Under the pieces are notes generated by a model that saw nothing but the letters and a program-made list of their open reading frames with translations, did no database searches and was not told the origin of the DNA. Below, in pieces: positions 23,001 through 37,400 of a stretch of DNA of 64,000 nt. Within the stretch, counting starts at the first letter, position 1; each line of letters opens with the position of its first letter. The position numbers were made by a program, and so were the translations under genes. The DNA is from Octopus vulgaris (Eukaryota): positions 20,832,001-20,896,000 of the forward strand of contig OX597841.1 in NCBI GenBank assembly GCA_951406725.2, read 5' to 3'.

Positions 23001-26000
23001 ATGATGGGTTAACGAGGCTTGTTTGTATGGACGCATGATGTTTGAACGAGGCTTGTTTGTATCGACGCATGATTGGTTAACGAGGCTTGTTTGTATGGAC
23101 GCATAATGGATGAACGATGCTTGTTTGTATGGACGCATGATGTGTGAACGAGGCTTGTTTGTATGGACGAATGATGGGTGAACGAGGCTTGTTTGTATGA
23201 ACGCATGATTGGTTAACGAGGCTTGTTTGTATGGACGCATGATGTGTGTACGAGGCTTGTTTGTATGGACGCATGATTGGTTAACGATGCTCATTTGTTT
23301 GGACGCATGATGGGTTAACGGTGCTTGTTTGTATGGACGCATGATGGGTTAACGATGCTTGTTTGTATGGACGCATGATTGGCTAACAAGGCTTGTTTGT
23401 ATGGACGCATAAGGGATGAACGAGGCTTGTTTGTATGGACGCATGATGTGTGAACGAGGCTTGTTTGTATGGACGCATGATGGGTGAACGAGGCTTGTTT
23501 GTATGAACGCATGATTGGTTAACGAGGCTTGTTTGTATGGACGCATGATGTGTGTACGAGGCTTGTTTGTATGGACGCATGATTGGTTAACGATGCTCGT
23601 TTGTTTGGACGCATGATGGTTTAACGGTGCTTGTTTGTATGGACGCATGATGGGTTCACGATGCTTGTTTGTATGGACGCATGATGGGCTATCGAGGCTT
23701 GTTTGTATGGACGCATGATGTGTGAACGATGCTTGTTTGTATGGACGCATGATGGATGAACGAGGCTTGTTTGTATGGACGCATGATTGGTAAACGATTC
23801 TTGTTTGTATGGACGCATGATGGGTTAACGGTGCTTGTTCGTATGGACGCATGATTGGTTAACGAGGCTTGTTTGTATGGACGCATGATGTGTGAACGAT
23901 GCTTGTTTGTATGGACGCATGATGGGTGAACGATGCTTGTATGTATGGACGCATGATGGGTAACGATGCTTGTTTGAATGGACGCATGATGTGTGAACGA
24001 TGCTTGTTTGTATGGACGCATGATGGGTTAACGATGCTTGTTTGTATGGACGCATGATGGGTTAACTATGCTTGTTTGTATGGACGCATGAATTCTGAAC
24101 GAGGCCTGTTTGTGTAGACGCATGATGTGTTAACGATGCTTGTTTGTATGGACGCATGATTGGTTAACGAGGCTTGTTTGTATGGACGCATGATGTGAAC
24201 GAGGCTTGTTTGTATGGACGCATGATGGGTTAAAGATGCTTGTTTGTATGGACGCATGATGGATGAACGAGGCTTGTTTGTATGGACGCATGATGGGTTA
24301 ACGATGCTTGTTTGTATGGACGCATGATTGTTTAACGAGGCTTGTTTGTATGGACGCATGATTGGTTAACGAGGCTTGTTTGTATGGACGCATAATGGAT
24401 GAACGAGGCTTGTTTGTATGGACGCATGATGTGTGAACGAGGCTTGTATGGACGCATGATGTGTGAACGATGCTTGTTTGTATGGACGCATGATCGGTTA
24501 ACGATGCTTTTTTTGTATGGACGCATGATGGGTTAACTATGCTTGTTTGTAAGGACGCATGATGGGAACGATGCTTGTTTGTATGGACGCATGATGTGTG
24601 AACGATGCTTGTTTGTATGGACGCATGATGGGTTAACGAGGCTTGTTTCTATGGACGGATGATTGTTTAACGAGGCTTGCTTGTATGGACGCATGATTGG
24701 TTAACGAGGCTTGTTTGTATGGACGCATGATGGGTGAACGAGGCTTGTTTGTATGGACGCATGATGGATGATGAGGCTTGTTTGTATGGAGGCATGATTG
24801 GTTAACGAGGCTTGTTTGTATGGACGCATGATGTGTGTACGAGGCTTGTTTGTATGGACGCATGATTGGTTAACGAGGCTTGTTTGTATGGACGCATGAT
24901 GGGTTAACGATGCTTGTTTGTATGGACGCATGATGTGTGAACGATGCTTGTTTGTATGGACGCATGATTGGTTAACGAGGCTTGTTTGTATGGACGCATG
25001 ATGTGAACGATGCTTGTTTGCATGGACGCATGATGGATGAACGAGGCTTGTTTGTATGGACGCATGATTGGTTAACGATGGCTTGTTTGTATGGACGCAT
25101 GATGGTTTAACGTTGCTTGTTTGTATGGACGAATGATTGGTTAACGAGGCTTGTGAGTATGGACGCATGATGTGTGAACGATGTCTGTCAGTATGGACGC
25201 ATGATGGGTTAACGATTCTTTTTTGTATGGACGCATGATGGATGAACGATGCTTGTTTGTATGGACGCATGATGGGTTAACGATGCTTGTTTGTATGGAC
25301 GCATGATGGGTTAACGATTCTTGTTTGTATGGACGCATGATGGGTTAACTATGCTTGTTTGTATGGACGCATGAATTCTAAACGAGGCTTGTTTGTGTAG
25401 ACGCATGATGGGTTAACGATGCTTGTTTGTATGGACGCATGATGGGTGAACGAGGCTTGTTTGTATGGAGGCATGATGTGTGAACGAGGCTTCTTTGTAT
25501 GGACGCATGATTGGTTAACGAGGCTTGTTGGTATGGACGCATGATGTGCGTACGAGGCTTGTTTGTATGGACGCATGATTGGTTAACGATGCTTGTTTCT
25601 ATGGACGCATGATGGGTGAACGATGCTTGTTTGTATGGACGCATGATTGGTTAACGATGCTTGTTTGTATGGACGCTTTATTGGTTAACGAGGCTTGATT
25701 GTATGGACGCATTATTGGTTAACGATGCTTGTTTGTATGTGTGAACGAGGCTTGTTTGTATGGACGCATGATGTGTGAACGAGGCTTGTTTGTATGGACG
25801 CATGATTGGTTAACGAGGCTTGTTTGTATGGACGCATAATGGATGAACGAGGCTTGTTTGTATGGACGCATGATGGTTTAACGATGCTTGTTTGTATGGA
25901 CGCATGATGGAGGAACGAGGCTTGTTTGTATGGACGCATGATGGGTTAACGATGCTTGTTTCTATAGACGCATGATTGTTTAACGAGGCTTGTTTGTATC

Positions 26001-29000
26001 GACGCATGATTGGTTAACGAGGCTTGTTTGTATGGACGCATGATGGATGAACGAGACTTGTTTGTATGGACGCATGATGTGTGAACGAGGCTTGTTTGTA
26101 TGGACGCATGATGGGTGAACGAGGCTTGTTTGTATGAACGCATGATTGGTTAACGAGGCTTGTTTGTATGGACGCATGATGTGTGAACGAGGCTTGTTTG
26201 TATGGACGCATGATTGGTTAACGATGCTCGTTTGTTTGGACGCATGATGGGTTAACGGTGCTTGTTTGTATGGACGCATGATGGGTTAACGATGCTTGTT
26301 TGTATGGACGCATGATTGGCTAACGAGGCTTGTTTGTATGGACGCATGATGGGTTAACGATGCTTGTTTGTATGGACGCATGATTGTTTAACGAGGCTTG
26401 TTTGTATGGACGCATGATTGGTTAACAAGGCTTGTTTGTAAGGACGCATAAGGGATGAACGAGGCTTGTTTGTATGGACGCATGATGTGTGAACGAGGCT
26501 TGTTTGTATGGACGCATGATGGGTGAACGAGGCTTGTTTGTATGGACGCATGATTGGTTAACGAGGCTTGTTTGTATGGACGCATGATGTGTGAACGAGG
26601 CTTGTTTGTATGGACGCATGATTGGTTAACGATGCTTGTTTGTATGGACGCATGATGGGTTAACGATGCTTGTTTGTATGGACGCATGATTGGTTAACGG
26701 TGCTTGTTTGTATGGACGCATGATGTGTGAACGAGGCTTGTTTGTATGGACGCATGATGTGTGAACGATGTTTGTTTGTATGGACGCATGATGGATGAAC
26801 GAGGCTTGTTTCTATGGACGCATGATTGGTAAACGATTCTTGTTTGTATGGACGCATGATGGGTTAACGGTGCTTGTTTGTATGGACGCATGATTGGTTA
26901 ACGAGGCTTGTTTGTATGGACGCATGATGTGTGAACGATGCTTGTTTGTATGGACGCATGATGGGTTAACGATGCTTGTTTGTATGGACGCATGATGGAT
27001 GAACGATGCTTGTATGTATGGACGCATGATGGGTAACGATGCTTGTTTGAATGGACGCATGATGTGTGAACGATGCTTTATTGTATAGACGCATGATGGG
27101 TTAACGATGCTTGTTTGTATGGATGCATGATGGGTTAACTATGCTTGTTTGTATGGACGCATGATGTCTGAACGAGGCTTGTTTGTATGGACGCATGATG
27201 TGTGAACGATGCTTGTTTGTATGGACGCATGATGTGTGAACGATGCTTGTTTGTATGGACGCATGATGGGTTAACGATGCTTGTTTGTATGGACGCATGA
27301 TGGGTTAACGATGCTTGATTGTATGGACGCATGATGGGTGAACGATGCTTGTTTGTATGGACGCATGTTGGGTGAACGATGCTTGTTTGTATGGACTCAT
27401 GATGTTTGAACGATGCTTGTTTGTATGTACGCATGATTGGTTAACGAGGCTTGTTTGTATGGACGCATGATGTGTGTACGAGGCTTGTTTGTATGGAGGC
27501 ATGATTGGTTAACGATGCTTGTTTGTATGGACGCATGATGGGTTAACGATGCTTGTTTGTATGGACGCATGATGGGTTACCGATGCATGTTTGTATGGAC
27601 GCATGATGTGTAAACGAGGCTTGTTTGTATGGACGCATGATGTGAACGATGCTTGTTTGTATGGACGCATGATGGATGAACGAGGCTTGTTTGTATGGAC
27701 GCATGATTGGTTAACGAGGCTTGTTTGTATGGACGCATGATGGGTTAACGATGCTTGTTTGTATGGACGCATGATTGGTTAACGAGGCTTGTTTGTATGG
27801 ACGCATGATGTGTGAACGATGCTTGTTTGTATGGACGCATGATGGGTTAACGATGCTTGTTTGTATGGACGCATGATGGATGAACGATGCTTGTTTGTAT
27901 GGACGCATGATGTGTGAACGAGGCTTGATTGTATGGACGCATGATGGTTGAACGAGGCATGTTTGTATGGACGCATGATGTGTGAACGAGGCTTGTTTGT
28001 ATGGACGCATGATGTGTGAACGAGGCTTGTTTGTATGGACGCATGATGGGTTAACGAGGCTTGTTTGTATGGACGCATGATGGGTTAACGATGCTTGTTT
28101 GTATGGACGCATGATGGGTGAACGATGCTTGTTTGTATGGACGCATGATGTGTGAACGATGCTTGTTTGTATGGACGCATGACGGGTTAACGATGCTTGT
28201 TTGTATGGACGCATGATGGGTTAACTATGCTTTTTTGTATGGACGCATGATGGGTGAACGATACTTGTTTGTATGGACGCATGTTGGGTGAACGATGATC
28301 GTTTGTATGGACGCATGATTTGTGAACGATGCTTGTTTCTATGGACGCATGATTGTTTAACGAGGCTTGCTTGTATGGACGTATGATTGGTGAACGAGGC
28401 TTGTTTGTATGGACGCATGATGGATGAACGAGGCTTGTTTGTATGGACGCATGATGTGTGAACGAGGCTTGTTTGTATGGACGCATGATGGGTGAACGAG
28501 GCTTGTTTGTATGGACGCATGATGGGTTAACGATGCTTGTTTGTATGGACGCATGATGGGTTAACGATGCTTGTTTGTATGGACGCATGATGTGTGAACG
28601 AGGCTTGTTTGTATGGACGCATGATGTGTGAACGATGCTTGTTTGTATGGACGCATGATGGATGAACGAGGCTTGTTTGTATGGACGCATGATCGGTTAA
28701 CGATGCTTGTTTGTATGGACGCATGATGGGTTAACGGTGCTTGTTTGTATGGACGCATGATTGGATAACGAGGCTTGTTTGTATGGACGCATGATGTGTG
28801 AACGATGCTTGTTTGTATGGACGCATGATGGGTTGACGATGCTTGTTTGTATGGACGCATGATGGATGAACGAGGCTTGTTTGCATGGACGCATGATGGG
28901 TTAACGATGCTTGTTTGTATGGACGCATGATGTGTGAACGATGCTTGTTTGTATGGACGCATGATGGGTTAACGATGCTTGTTTGTATGGACGCATGATT

Positions 29001-31450
29001 TCTGAACGATGCTTGTTTGTATGGACGCATGATGGGTTAACGATGCTTGTTTGTATGGACGCATGATGGGTGAACGATGCTTGTTTGTATGGACGCATGA
29101 TGGGTTAACGATGCTTGTTTGTATGGACGCATGATGTGTGAACGAGGCTTGTTTGTATGGACGCATGATGGGTTAACGATGCTTGTTTGTATGGACGCAT
29201 GATGTGTGAACGAGGCTTGTTTGTATGGACGCATGATGTGTGAACGAGGCTTGTTTGTATGGACGCATGATGTGTGAACGAGGCTTGTTTGTATGGACGC
29301 ATGATGTGTGAACGAGGCTTGTTTGTATGGACGCATGATGTGTTAACGAGGCTTGTTTGTATGGACGCATGATGTGTGAACGATGCTTGATTGTATGGAC
29401 GCATGATGTGTGAACGAGGCTTGTTTGTATGGACGCATGATGTGTGAACGAAGCTTGTTTGTATGGACGCATGATGTGTGAACGAGGCTTGTTTGTATGG
29501 ACGCATGATGTGTGAACGAGGCTTGTTTGTATGGACGCATGATGTGTGAACGATGCTTGTTTGTATGGACGCATGATGTGTGAACGAGGCTTGTTTGTAT
29601 GGACGCATGATTGGTTAACGATGCTTGTTTGTATGGACGCATGATGTGTGAACGAGGCTTGTTTGTATGGACGCATGATGTGTGAACGAGGCTTGTTTGT
29701 ATGGACGCATGATGTGTGAACGAGGCTTGTTTGTATGGACGCATGATGTGTGAACGATGCTTGTTTGTATGGACGCATGATGTGTGAACGAGGCTTGTTT
29801 GTATGGACGCATGATGTGTGAACGAGGCTTGTTTGTATGGACGCATGATGTGATAACGATGCTTGTTTGTATGGACGCATGATGTGTGAACGAGCTTGTT
29901 TGTATGGACGCATGATGTGTGAACGAGGCTTGTTTGTATGGACGCATGATGTGTGAACGATGCTTGTTTGTATGGACGCATGATGTGTGAACGATGCTTG
30001 TTTGTATGGACGCATGATGTGTGAACGATGCTTGTTTGTATGGACGCATGATGTGTGAACGAGGCTTGTTTGTATGGACGCATGATGTGTGAACGAGGCT
30101 TGTTTGTATGGACGCATGATGTGTGAACGAGGCTTGTTTGTATGGACGCATGATGTGAACGAGGCTTGTTTGTATGGACGCATGATGTGTGAACGAGGCT
30201 TCTTTGTATGGACGCATGATGTGTGAACGAGGCTTGTTTGTATGGACGCATGATGGATGAACGAGGCTTGTTTGTATTGACGCATGATGTGTGAAGAATG
30301 CTTGTTTGTATGGACGCATGATGGGTTAACGATGCTTGTTTGTATGGACGCATGATGGGTGAACGGTGCTTGTTTGTATGGACGCATGATTGGTTAACGA
30401 GGCTTGTTTGTATGGACGCATGATGTGTGAACGAGGCTTGTTTGTATGGACGCATGATGTGTGAACGATGCTTGTTTGTATGGACGCATGATGTGTGAAC
30501 GAGGCTTGTTTGTATGGACGCATGATTGGTTAACGAGGCTTGTTTGTATGGACGCATGATGTGTGAACGAGGCTTGTTTGTATGGACGCATGATGTGTTA
30601 ACGAGGCTTGTTTGTATGGACGCATGATGGGTTAACGAGGCTTGTTTGTATGGACGCATGATGTGTGAACGAGGCTTGTTTGTTTGGACGCATGATGTGT
30701 GAACGATGCTTGTTTGTATGGACGCATGATGGGTTAACGATGCTTGTTTGTATGGACGCATGATGTGTGAACGAGGCTTGTTTGTATGGACGCATGATGT
30801 GTGAACGATGCTTGTTTGTATGGACGCATGATGTGTTAACGAGGCTTGTTTGTATGGACGCATGATGTGTGAACGAGGCTTGTTTGTATGGACGCATGAT
30901 GTGTGAACGAGGCTTGTTTGTATGGACGCATGATGTGTGAACGAGGCTTGTTTGTATGGACGCATGATGTGTGAACGAGGCTTCTTTGTATGGACGCATG
31001 ATGTGTGAACGAGGCTTGTATGGACGCATGATGTGTGAACGAGGCTTGTTTGTATGGACGCATTTGTGAACGAGGCTGTTTGTATGGACGCATGATGTGT
31101 GAACGAGGCTTGTTTGTATGGACGCATGATGTGTAAACGAGGCTTGTTTCTATGGACGCATGATGTGTGAACGAGGCTTGTTTGTATGGACGCATGATGT
31201 GTGAACGAGGCTTGTTTGTATGGACGCATGATGTGTGAACGAGCCTTGTTTGTATGGACGCATGATGTGTGAACGAGGCTTGTTTGTATGGACGCATGAT
31301 GTGTGAACGAGGCTTGTTTGTATGGACGCATGATGTGTGAACGAGGCTTGTTTGTATGGACGCATGATGTGTGAACGATGCTTGTTTGTATGGACGCATG
31401 ATGTGTGAACGAGGCTTGTTTGTATGGACGCATGATGGGTTAACGAGGCT
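11015..31450. repeat. 34-bp satellite, variant domain rich in GGGTTAAC / TTGGTTAAC / AACGATGC monomers
   Basis: From ~11700 to ~30800 consensus TGTGTGAAC is often replaced by TGGGTTAAC, TTGGTTAAC or TGGATGAAC, and AACGAGG by AACGATG. Boundaries are gradual and approximate. Confidence 0.93.
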
Positions 31451-34400
31451 TGTTTGTATGGACGCATGATGTGTGAACGAGGCTTGTTTGTATGGACGCA
31501 TGATGTGTGAACGATGCTTGTTTGTATGGACGCATGATGTGTGAACGAGGCTTGTTTGTATGGACGCATGATTTGTGAACGAGGCTTGTTTGTATGGACG
31601 CATGATGTGTGAACGAGGCTTGTTTGTATGGACGCATGATGTGTGAACGAGGCTTGTTTGTATGGACGCATGATGTGTGAACGAGGCTTGTTTGTATGGA
31701 CGCATGATGTGTGAACGAGGCTTGTTTGTATGGACGCATGATGTGTGAACGAGGCTTGTTTGTATGGACGCATGATGTGTGAACGAGGCTTGTTTGTATG
31801 GACGCATGATGTGTGAACGAGGCTTGTTTGTATGGACGCATGATGTGTGAACGAGGCTTGTTTGTATGGACGCATGATGTGTGAACGAGGCTTGTTTGTA
31901 TGGACGCATGATGTGTGAACGAGGCTTGTTTGTATGGACGCATGATGTGTGAACGAGGCTTGTTTGTATGGACGCATGATGTGTGAACGAGGCTTGTTTG
32001 TATGGACGCATGATGTGTGAACGAGGCTTGTTTGTATGGACGCATGATGTGTGAACGAGGCTTTTTTGTATGGACGCATGATGTGTGAACGAGGCTTGTT
32101 TGTATGGACGCATGATGTGTGAACGAGGCTTGTTTGTATGGACGCATGATGTGTGAACGAGGCTTGTTTGTATGGACGCATGATGGTGAACGAGGCTTGT
32201 TTGTATGGACGCATGATGTGTGAACGAGGCTTGTTTGTATGGACGCATGATGTGTGAACGAGGCTTGTTTGTATGGACGCATGATGTGTAAACGATGCTT
32301 GTGTGTATGGACACATGATGTGTGATCGAGCCTTGTTTGTATAGACGCATGATGTGTGAACGAGGCTTGTTTGTATGGACGCATGATGTGTGAACGAGGC
32401 TTGTTTGTATGGACGCATGATGTGTGAACGAGGCTTGTTTGTATGGACGCATGATGTGTGAACGAGGCTTGTTTGTATGGACGCATGATGTGTGAACGAG
32501 GCTTGTTTGTATGGACGCATGATGTGTGAACGAGGCTTGTTTGTATGGACGCATGATGTGTGAACGAGGCTTGTTTGTATGGACGCATGATGTGTGAACG
32601 AGGCTTGTTTGTATGGACGCATGATGTGTGAACGAGGCTTGTTTGTATGGACGCATGATGTGTGAACGAGGCTTGTTTGTATGGACGCATGATGTGTGAA
32701 CGAGGCTTGTTTGTATGGACGCATGATGTGTGAACGAGGCTTGTTTGTATGGACGCATGATGTGTGAACGAGGCTTGTTTGTATGGACGCATGATGTGTG
32801 AACGAGGCTTGTTTGTATGGACGCATGATGTGTGAACGAGGCTTGTTTGTATGGACGCATGATGTGTGAACGAGGCTTGTTTGTATGGACGCATGATGTG
32901 TGAACGATGCTTGTTTGTATGGACGCATGATGGGTTAACGATGCTTGTTTGTATGGACGCATGATGTGTATCGTTCACGCATGATGTGTGAACGAAGCTT
33001 GTTTGTATGGACGCATGATGTGTGAACGAGGCTTGTTTGTATGGACGCATGATGTGTGAACGAGGCTTGTTTCTATGGACGCATGATGTGTGAACGAGGC
33101 TTGTTTGTATGGACGCATGATGTGTGAACGAGGCTTGTTTGTATGGACGCATGATGTGTGAACGAGGCTTGTTTGTATGGACGCATGATGTGTGAACGAG
33201 GCTTGTTTGTATGGACGCATGATGTGTGAACGAGGCTTGTTTGTATGGACGCATGATGTGTGAACGAGGCTTGTTTGTATGGACGCATGATGTGTGAACG
33301 AGGCTTGTTTGTATGGACGCATGATGTGTGAACGAGGCTTGTTTGTATGGACGCATGATGTGTGAACGAGGCTTGTTTGTATGGACGCATGATGTGTGAA
33401 CGAGGCTTGTTTGTATGGACGCATGATATGTGAACGAGGCTTGTTTGTATGGACGCATGATGTGTGAACGAGGCTTGTTTGTATGGACGCATGATGTGTG
33501 AACGAGGCTTGTTTGTATGGACGCATGATGTGTGAACGAGGCTTGTTTGTATGGACGCATGATGTGTGAACGAGGCTTGTTTGTATGGACGCATGATGTG
33601 TGAACGAGGCTTGTTTGTATGGACGCATGATGTGTGAACGAGGCTTCTTTGTATGGACGCATGATGTGTGAACGAGGCTTGTTTGTATGGACGCATGATG
33701 TGTGAACGAGGCTTTTTGTATGGACGCATATGTAAACGCGTCTTGTTTGTATGGACGCATGATGTGTGAACGAGGCTTGTTTGTATGGACGCATGATGTG
33801 TGAACGAGGCTTGTTTGTATGGACGCATGATGTGTGAACGATGCTTGTTTGTATGGACGCATGATGTGATGAACGAGGCTTGTTTGTATGGACGCATGAT
33901 GTGATAACGATGCTTGTTTGTATGGACGCATGATGGGTTAACAATGCTTGTTTGTATGGACGCATGATTGGTTAACGAGGCTTGTTTGTATGGACGCATG
34001 ATGTGTGAACGATGCTTGTTTGTATGGACGCATGATGGGTGAACGATGCTTGTTTGTATGGACGCATGATGTGTGAACGATGCTTGTTTGTATGGACGCA
34101 TGATGTGTGAACGATGCTTGTTTGTATGGACGCATGATGTGTGAACGATGCTTGTTTGTATGGACGCATGATTGTTTAACGATGCTTGTTTGTATGGACG
34201 CATGATGTGTGAACGAGGCTTGTTTGTATGGACGCATGATGTGTGAACGAGGCTTCTTTGTATGGACGCATGATGTGTGAACGAGGCTTGTTTGTATGGA
34301 CGCATGATGTGTGAACGAGGCTTGTTTGTATGGACGCATGATGTGTGAACGAGGCTTGTTTGTATGGACGCATGATGTGTGAACGAGGCTTGTTTGTATG

Positions 34401-37400
34401 GACGCATGATGTGTGAACGAGGCTTGTTTGTATGGACGCATGATGTGTGAACGAGGCTTGTTTGTATGGACGCATGATGTGTGAACGAGGCTTGTTTGTA
34501 TGGACGCATGATGTGTGAACGAGGCTTGTTTGTATGGACGCATGATGTGTGAACGAGGCTTGTTTGTATGGACGCATGATGTGTGAACGAAGCTTGTTTG
34601 TATGGAAGCATGATGTGTGCTTGTTTGTATGGACGCATGATGTGTGAACGAGGCTTGTTTGTATGGACGCATGATGTGTGAACGAGGCTTGTTTGTATGG
34701 ACGCATGATGTGTGAACGAGGCTTGTTTGTATGGACGCATGATGTGTGAACGAGGCTTGTTTGTATGGACGCATGATGTGTGAACGAGGCTTGTTTGTAT
34801 GGACGCATGATGTGTGAACGAGGCTTGTTTGTATGGACGCATGATGTGTGAACGAGGCTTGTTTGTATGGACGCATGATGTGTGAACGAGGCTTGTTTGT
34901 ATGGACGCATGATGTGTGAACGAGGCTTGTTTGTATGGACGCATGATGTGTGAACGAGGCTTGTTTGTATGGACGCATGATGTGTGAACGAGGCTTGTTT
35001 GTATGGACGCATGATGTGTGCTTGTTTGTATGGACGCATGATGTGTGAACGAGGCTTTTTTGTATGGACGCATGATGTGTGAACGAGGCTTTTTTGTATG
35101 GACGCATGATGTGTGAACGAGGCTTGTTTGTATGGACGCATGATGTGTGAACGAGGCTTGTTTGTATGGACGCATGATGTGTGAACGAGGCTTGTTTGTA
35201 TGGACGCATGATGTGTGAACGAGGCTTGTTTGTATGGACGCATGATGTGTGAACGAGGCTTGTTTGTATGGACGCATGATGTGTGAACGAGGCTTGTTTG
35301 TATGGACGCATGATGTGTGAACGAGGCTTGTTTGTATGGACGCATGATGTGTGAACGAGGCTTGTTTGTATGGACGCATGATGTGTGAACGAGGCTTGTT
35401 TGTATGGACGCATGATGTGTGAACGAGGCTTGTTTGTATGGACGCATGATGTGTGAACGAGGCTTGTTTGTATGGACGCATGATGTGTGAACGAGGCTTG
35501 TTTGTATGGACGCATGATGTGTGAACGAGGCTTGTTTGTATGGACGCATGATGTGTGAACGAGGCTTGTTTGTATGGACGCATGATGTGTGAACGAGGCT
35601 TGTTTGTATGGACGCATGATGTGTGAACGAGGCTTGTTTGTATGGACGCATGATGTGTGAACGAGGCTTGTTTGTATGGACGCATGATGTGTGAACGAGG
35701 CTTGTTTGTATGGACGCATGATGTGTGAACGAGGCTTGTTTGTATGGACGCATGATGTGTGAACGAGGCTTGTTTGTATGGACGCATGATGTGTGAACGA
35801 GGCTTGTTTGTATGGACGCATGATGTGTGAACGAGGCTTGTTTGTATGGACGCATGATGTGTGAACGAGGCTTGTTTGTATGGACGCATGATGTGTGAAC
35901 GAGGCTTGTTTGTATGGACGCATGATGTGTGAACGAGGCTTGTTTGTATGGACGCATGATGTGTGAACGAGGCTTGTTTGTATGGACGCATGATGTGTGA
36001 ACGAGGCTTGTTTGTATGGACGCATGATGTGTGAACGAGGCTTGTTTGTATGGACGCATGATGTGTGAACGAGGCTTGTTTGTATGGACGCATGATGTGT
36101 GAACGAGGCTTGTTTGTATGGACGCATGATGTGTGAACGAGGCTTGTTTGTATGGACGCATGATGTGTGAACGAGGCTTGTTTGTATGGACGCATGATGT
36201 GTGAACGAGGCTTGTTTGTATGGACGCATGATGTGTGAACGAGGCTTGTTTGTATGGACGCATGATGTGTGAACGAGGCTTGTTTGTATGGACGCATGAT
36301 GTGTGAACGAGGCTTCTTTGTATGGACGCATGATGTGTGAACGAGGCTTGTTTGTATGGACGCATGATGTGTGAACGAGGCTTGTTTGTATGGACGCATG
36401 ATGTGTGAACGAGGCTTGTTTGTATGGACGCATGATGTGTGAACGAGGCTTGTTTGTATGGACGCATGATGAGTGAACGAGGCTTGTTTGTATGGACGCA
36501 TGATGTGTGAACGAGGCTTGTTTGTATGGACGCATGATGTGTGAACGAGGCTTGTTTGTATGGACGCATGATGTGTGAACGAGGCTTGTTTCTATGGACG
36601 CATGATGTGTGAACGAGGCTTATTTGTATGGACGCATGATGAGTGAACGAGGCTTGTTTGTATGGACGCATGATGTGTGAACGAGGCTTGTTTGTATGGA
36701 CGCATGATGTGTGAACGAGGCTTGTTTGTATGGACGCATGATGTGTGAACGAGGCTTGTTTGTATGGACGCATGATGTGTGAACGAGGCTTGTTTGTATG
36801 GACGCATGATGTGTGAACGAGGCTTGTTTGTATGGACGCATGATGTGTGAACGAGGCTTGTTTGTATGGACGCATGATGTGTGAACGAGGCTTGTTTGTA
36901 TGGACGCATGATGTGTGAACGAGGCTTGTTTGTATGGACGCATGATGTGTGAACGAGGCTTGTTTGTATGGACGCATGATGTGTGAACGAGGCTTGTTTG
37001 TATGGACGCATGATGTGAACGAGGCTTGTTTGTATGGACGCATGATGTGTGAACGATGCTTGTTTGTATGGACGCATGATGTGTGAACGAGGCTTGTTTG
37101 TATGGACGCATGATGTGTTGGACGCATGATGTGTGAACGAGGCTTGTTTGTATGGACGCATGATGTGTGACCGAGGCTTGTTTCTATGGACGCATATGTA
37201 AACGAGTCTTGTTTGTATGGACGCATGATGTGTGAACGAGGCTTGTTTGTATGGACGCATGATGTGTGAACGAGGCTTGTTTGTATGGACGCATGATGTG
37301 TGAACGAGGCTTGTTTGTATGGACGCATGATGTGTGAACGAGGCTTGTTTGTATGGACGCATGATGTGTGAACGAGGCTTGTTTGTATGGACGCATGATG

